Below are positions 31,962 to 32,000 of a stretch of 32,000 nucleotides of DNA, piece after piece. The notes under the pieces are model-generated. The model saw nothing but the letters and a program-made list of their open reading frames with translations, did no database searches and was not told the origin of the DNA. Numbering within the stretch: position 1 is the first letter of the stretch; each line of letters begins with the position of its first letter. This DNA is from Chlamydiales bacterium (GTDB lineage: Bacteria; Chlamydiota; Chlamydiia; Chlamydiales; SM23-39): assembly GCA_965261025.1 (NCBI GenBank), contig OZ253438.1:1170001-1202000 (forward strand). The letters are read 5' to 3'. The position numbers and the translations under genes were made by a program.

Positions 31962-32000
31962 TATTTTGAGAGGGGATCTTGAGGTTTAAGCGATATTTTG

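Noticed and set aside
1-32000. Searched by eye for tRNA/rRNA genes, CRISPR repeat-spacer periodicity, long direct or tandem repeats, and transposase/integrase genes or island boundaries
   Set aside because: No intergenic gap exceeds about 190 nt and none has tRNA-like arms. No repeated 25-40-nt units were seen. No ORF has recombinase or transposase motifs. I therefore cannot support calling the glycan locus a mobile island. Compositional (GC-skew or k-mer) analysis would be needed and I cannot compute it reliably by hand.

Overview
AT-rich, very gene-dense bacterial chromosomal segment. I call 31 protein-coding genes and see no rRNA, tRNA, CRISPR array, transposase or integrase. Many neighbouring genes abut or overlap by 1-23 nt (ATGA / TAATG junctions), so the window resolves into a few tightly coupled operons.

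Lineage: the topoisomerase I gene has three C-terminal zinc ribbons followed by a terminal SWIB/MDM2 domain. This fusion is characteristic of Chlamydiota, so I read the window as a chlamydia-related, probably environmental, genome. That is an inference from the sequence, not a search result.

Roughly 1-27524 is a large surface-glycan locus containing:
- (a) a seven-gene plus-strand operon: type-11 methyltransferase, Zn-ribbon sugar C-methyltransferase, DmpF-like acetaldehyde dehydrogenase, DmpG-like aldolase, HpcH/HpaI aldolase, SDR, and a YerE/acetolactate-synthase-like ThDP enzyme. A GT2 and a Zn-ADH follow it.
- (b) a minus-strand sugar-activation operon (GHMP kinase, nucleotidyltransferase, epimerase) translationally coupled to ung.
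- (c) a C-methyltransferase / Fcl-like / Gmd operon that predicts a GDP-6-deoxy-C-methyl-hexose.
- (d) an LhgO-like flavoenzyme paired with a methyltransferase.
- (e) two GT4 glycosyltransferases plus an FkbM methyltransferase.
- (f) a minus-strand operon: topA, a Wzy_C/O-antigen-ligase-like protein, a disulfide-oxidoreductase::DedA(TVP38) fusion, and a CDP-alcohol phosphatidyltransferase.

An HExxH membrane protein and a Kdo-hydroxylase-like gene sit at the right end.

The most interesting items are:
- the orphan DmpFG/HpcH/ThDP carbon-carbon chemistry inside a sugar operon
- the oxidoreductase-DedA fusion
- a G8 tract inside a C-methyltransferase
- the existence of an O-antigen-style, heavily methylated glycan locus in a chlamydia-type genome

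All functional calls rest on motif recognition by eye. No database search was possible.
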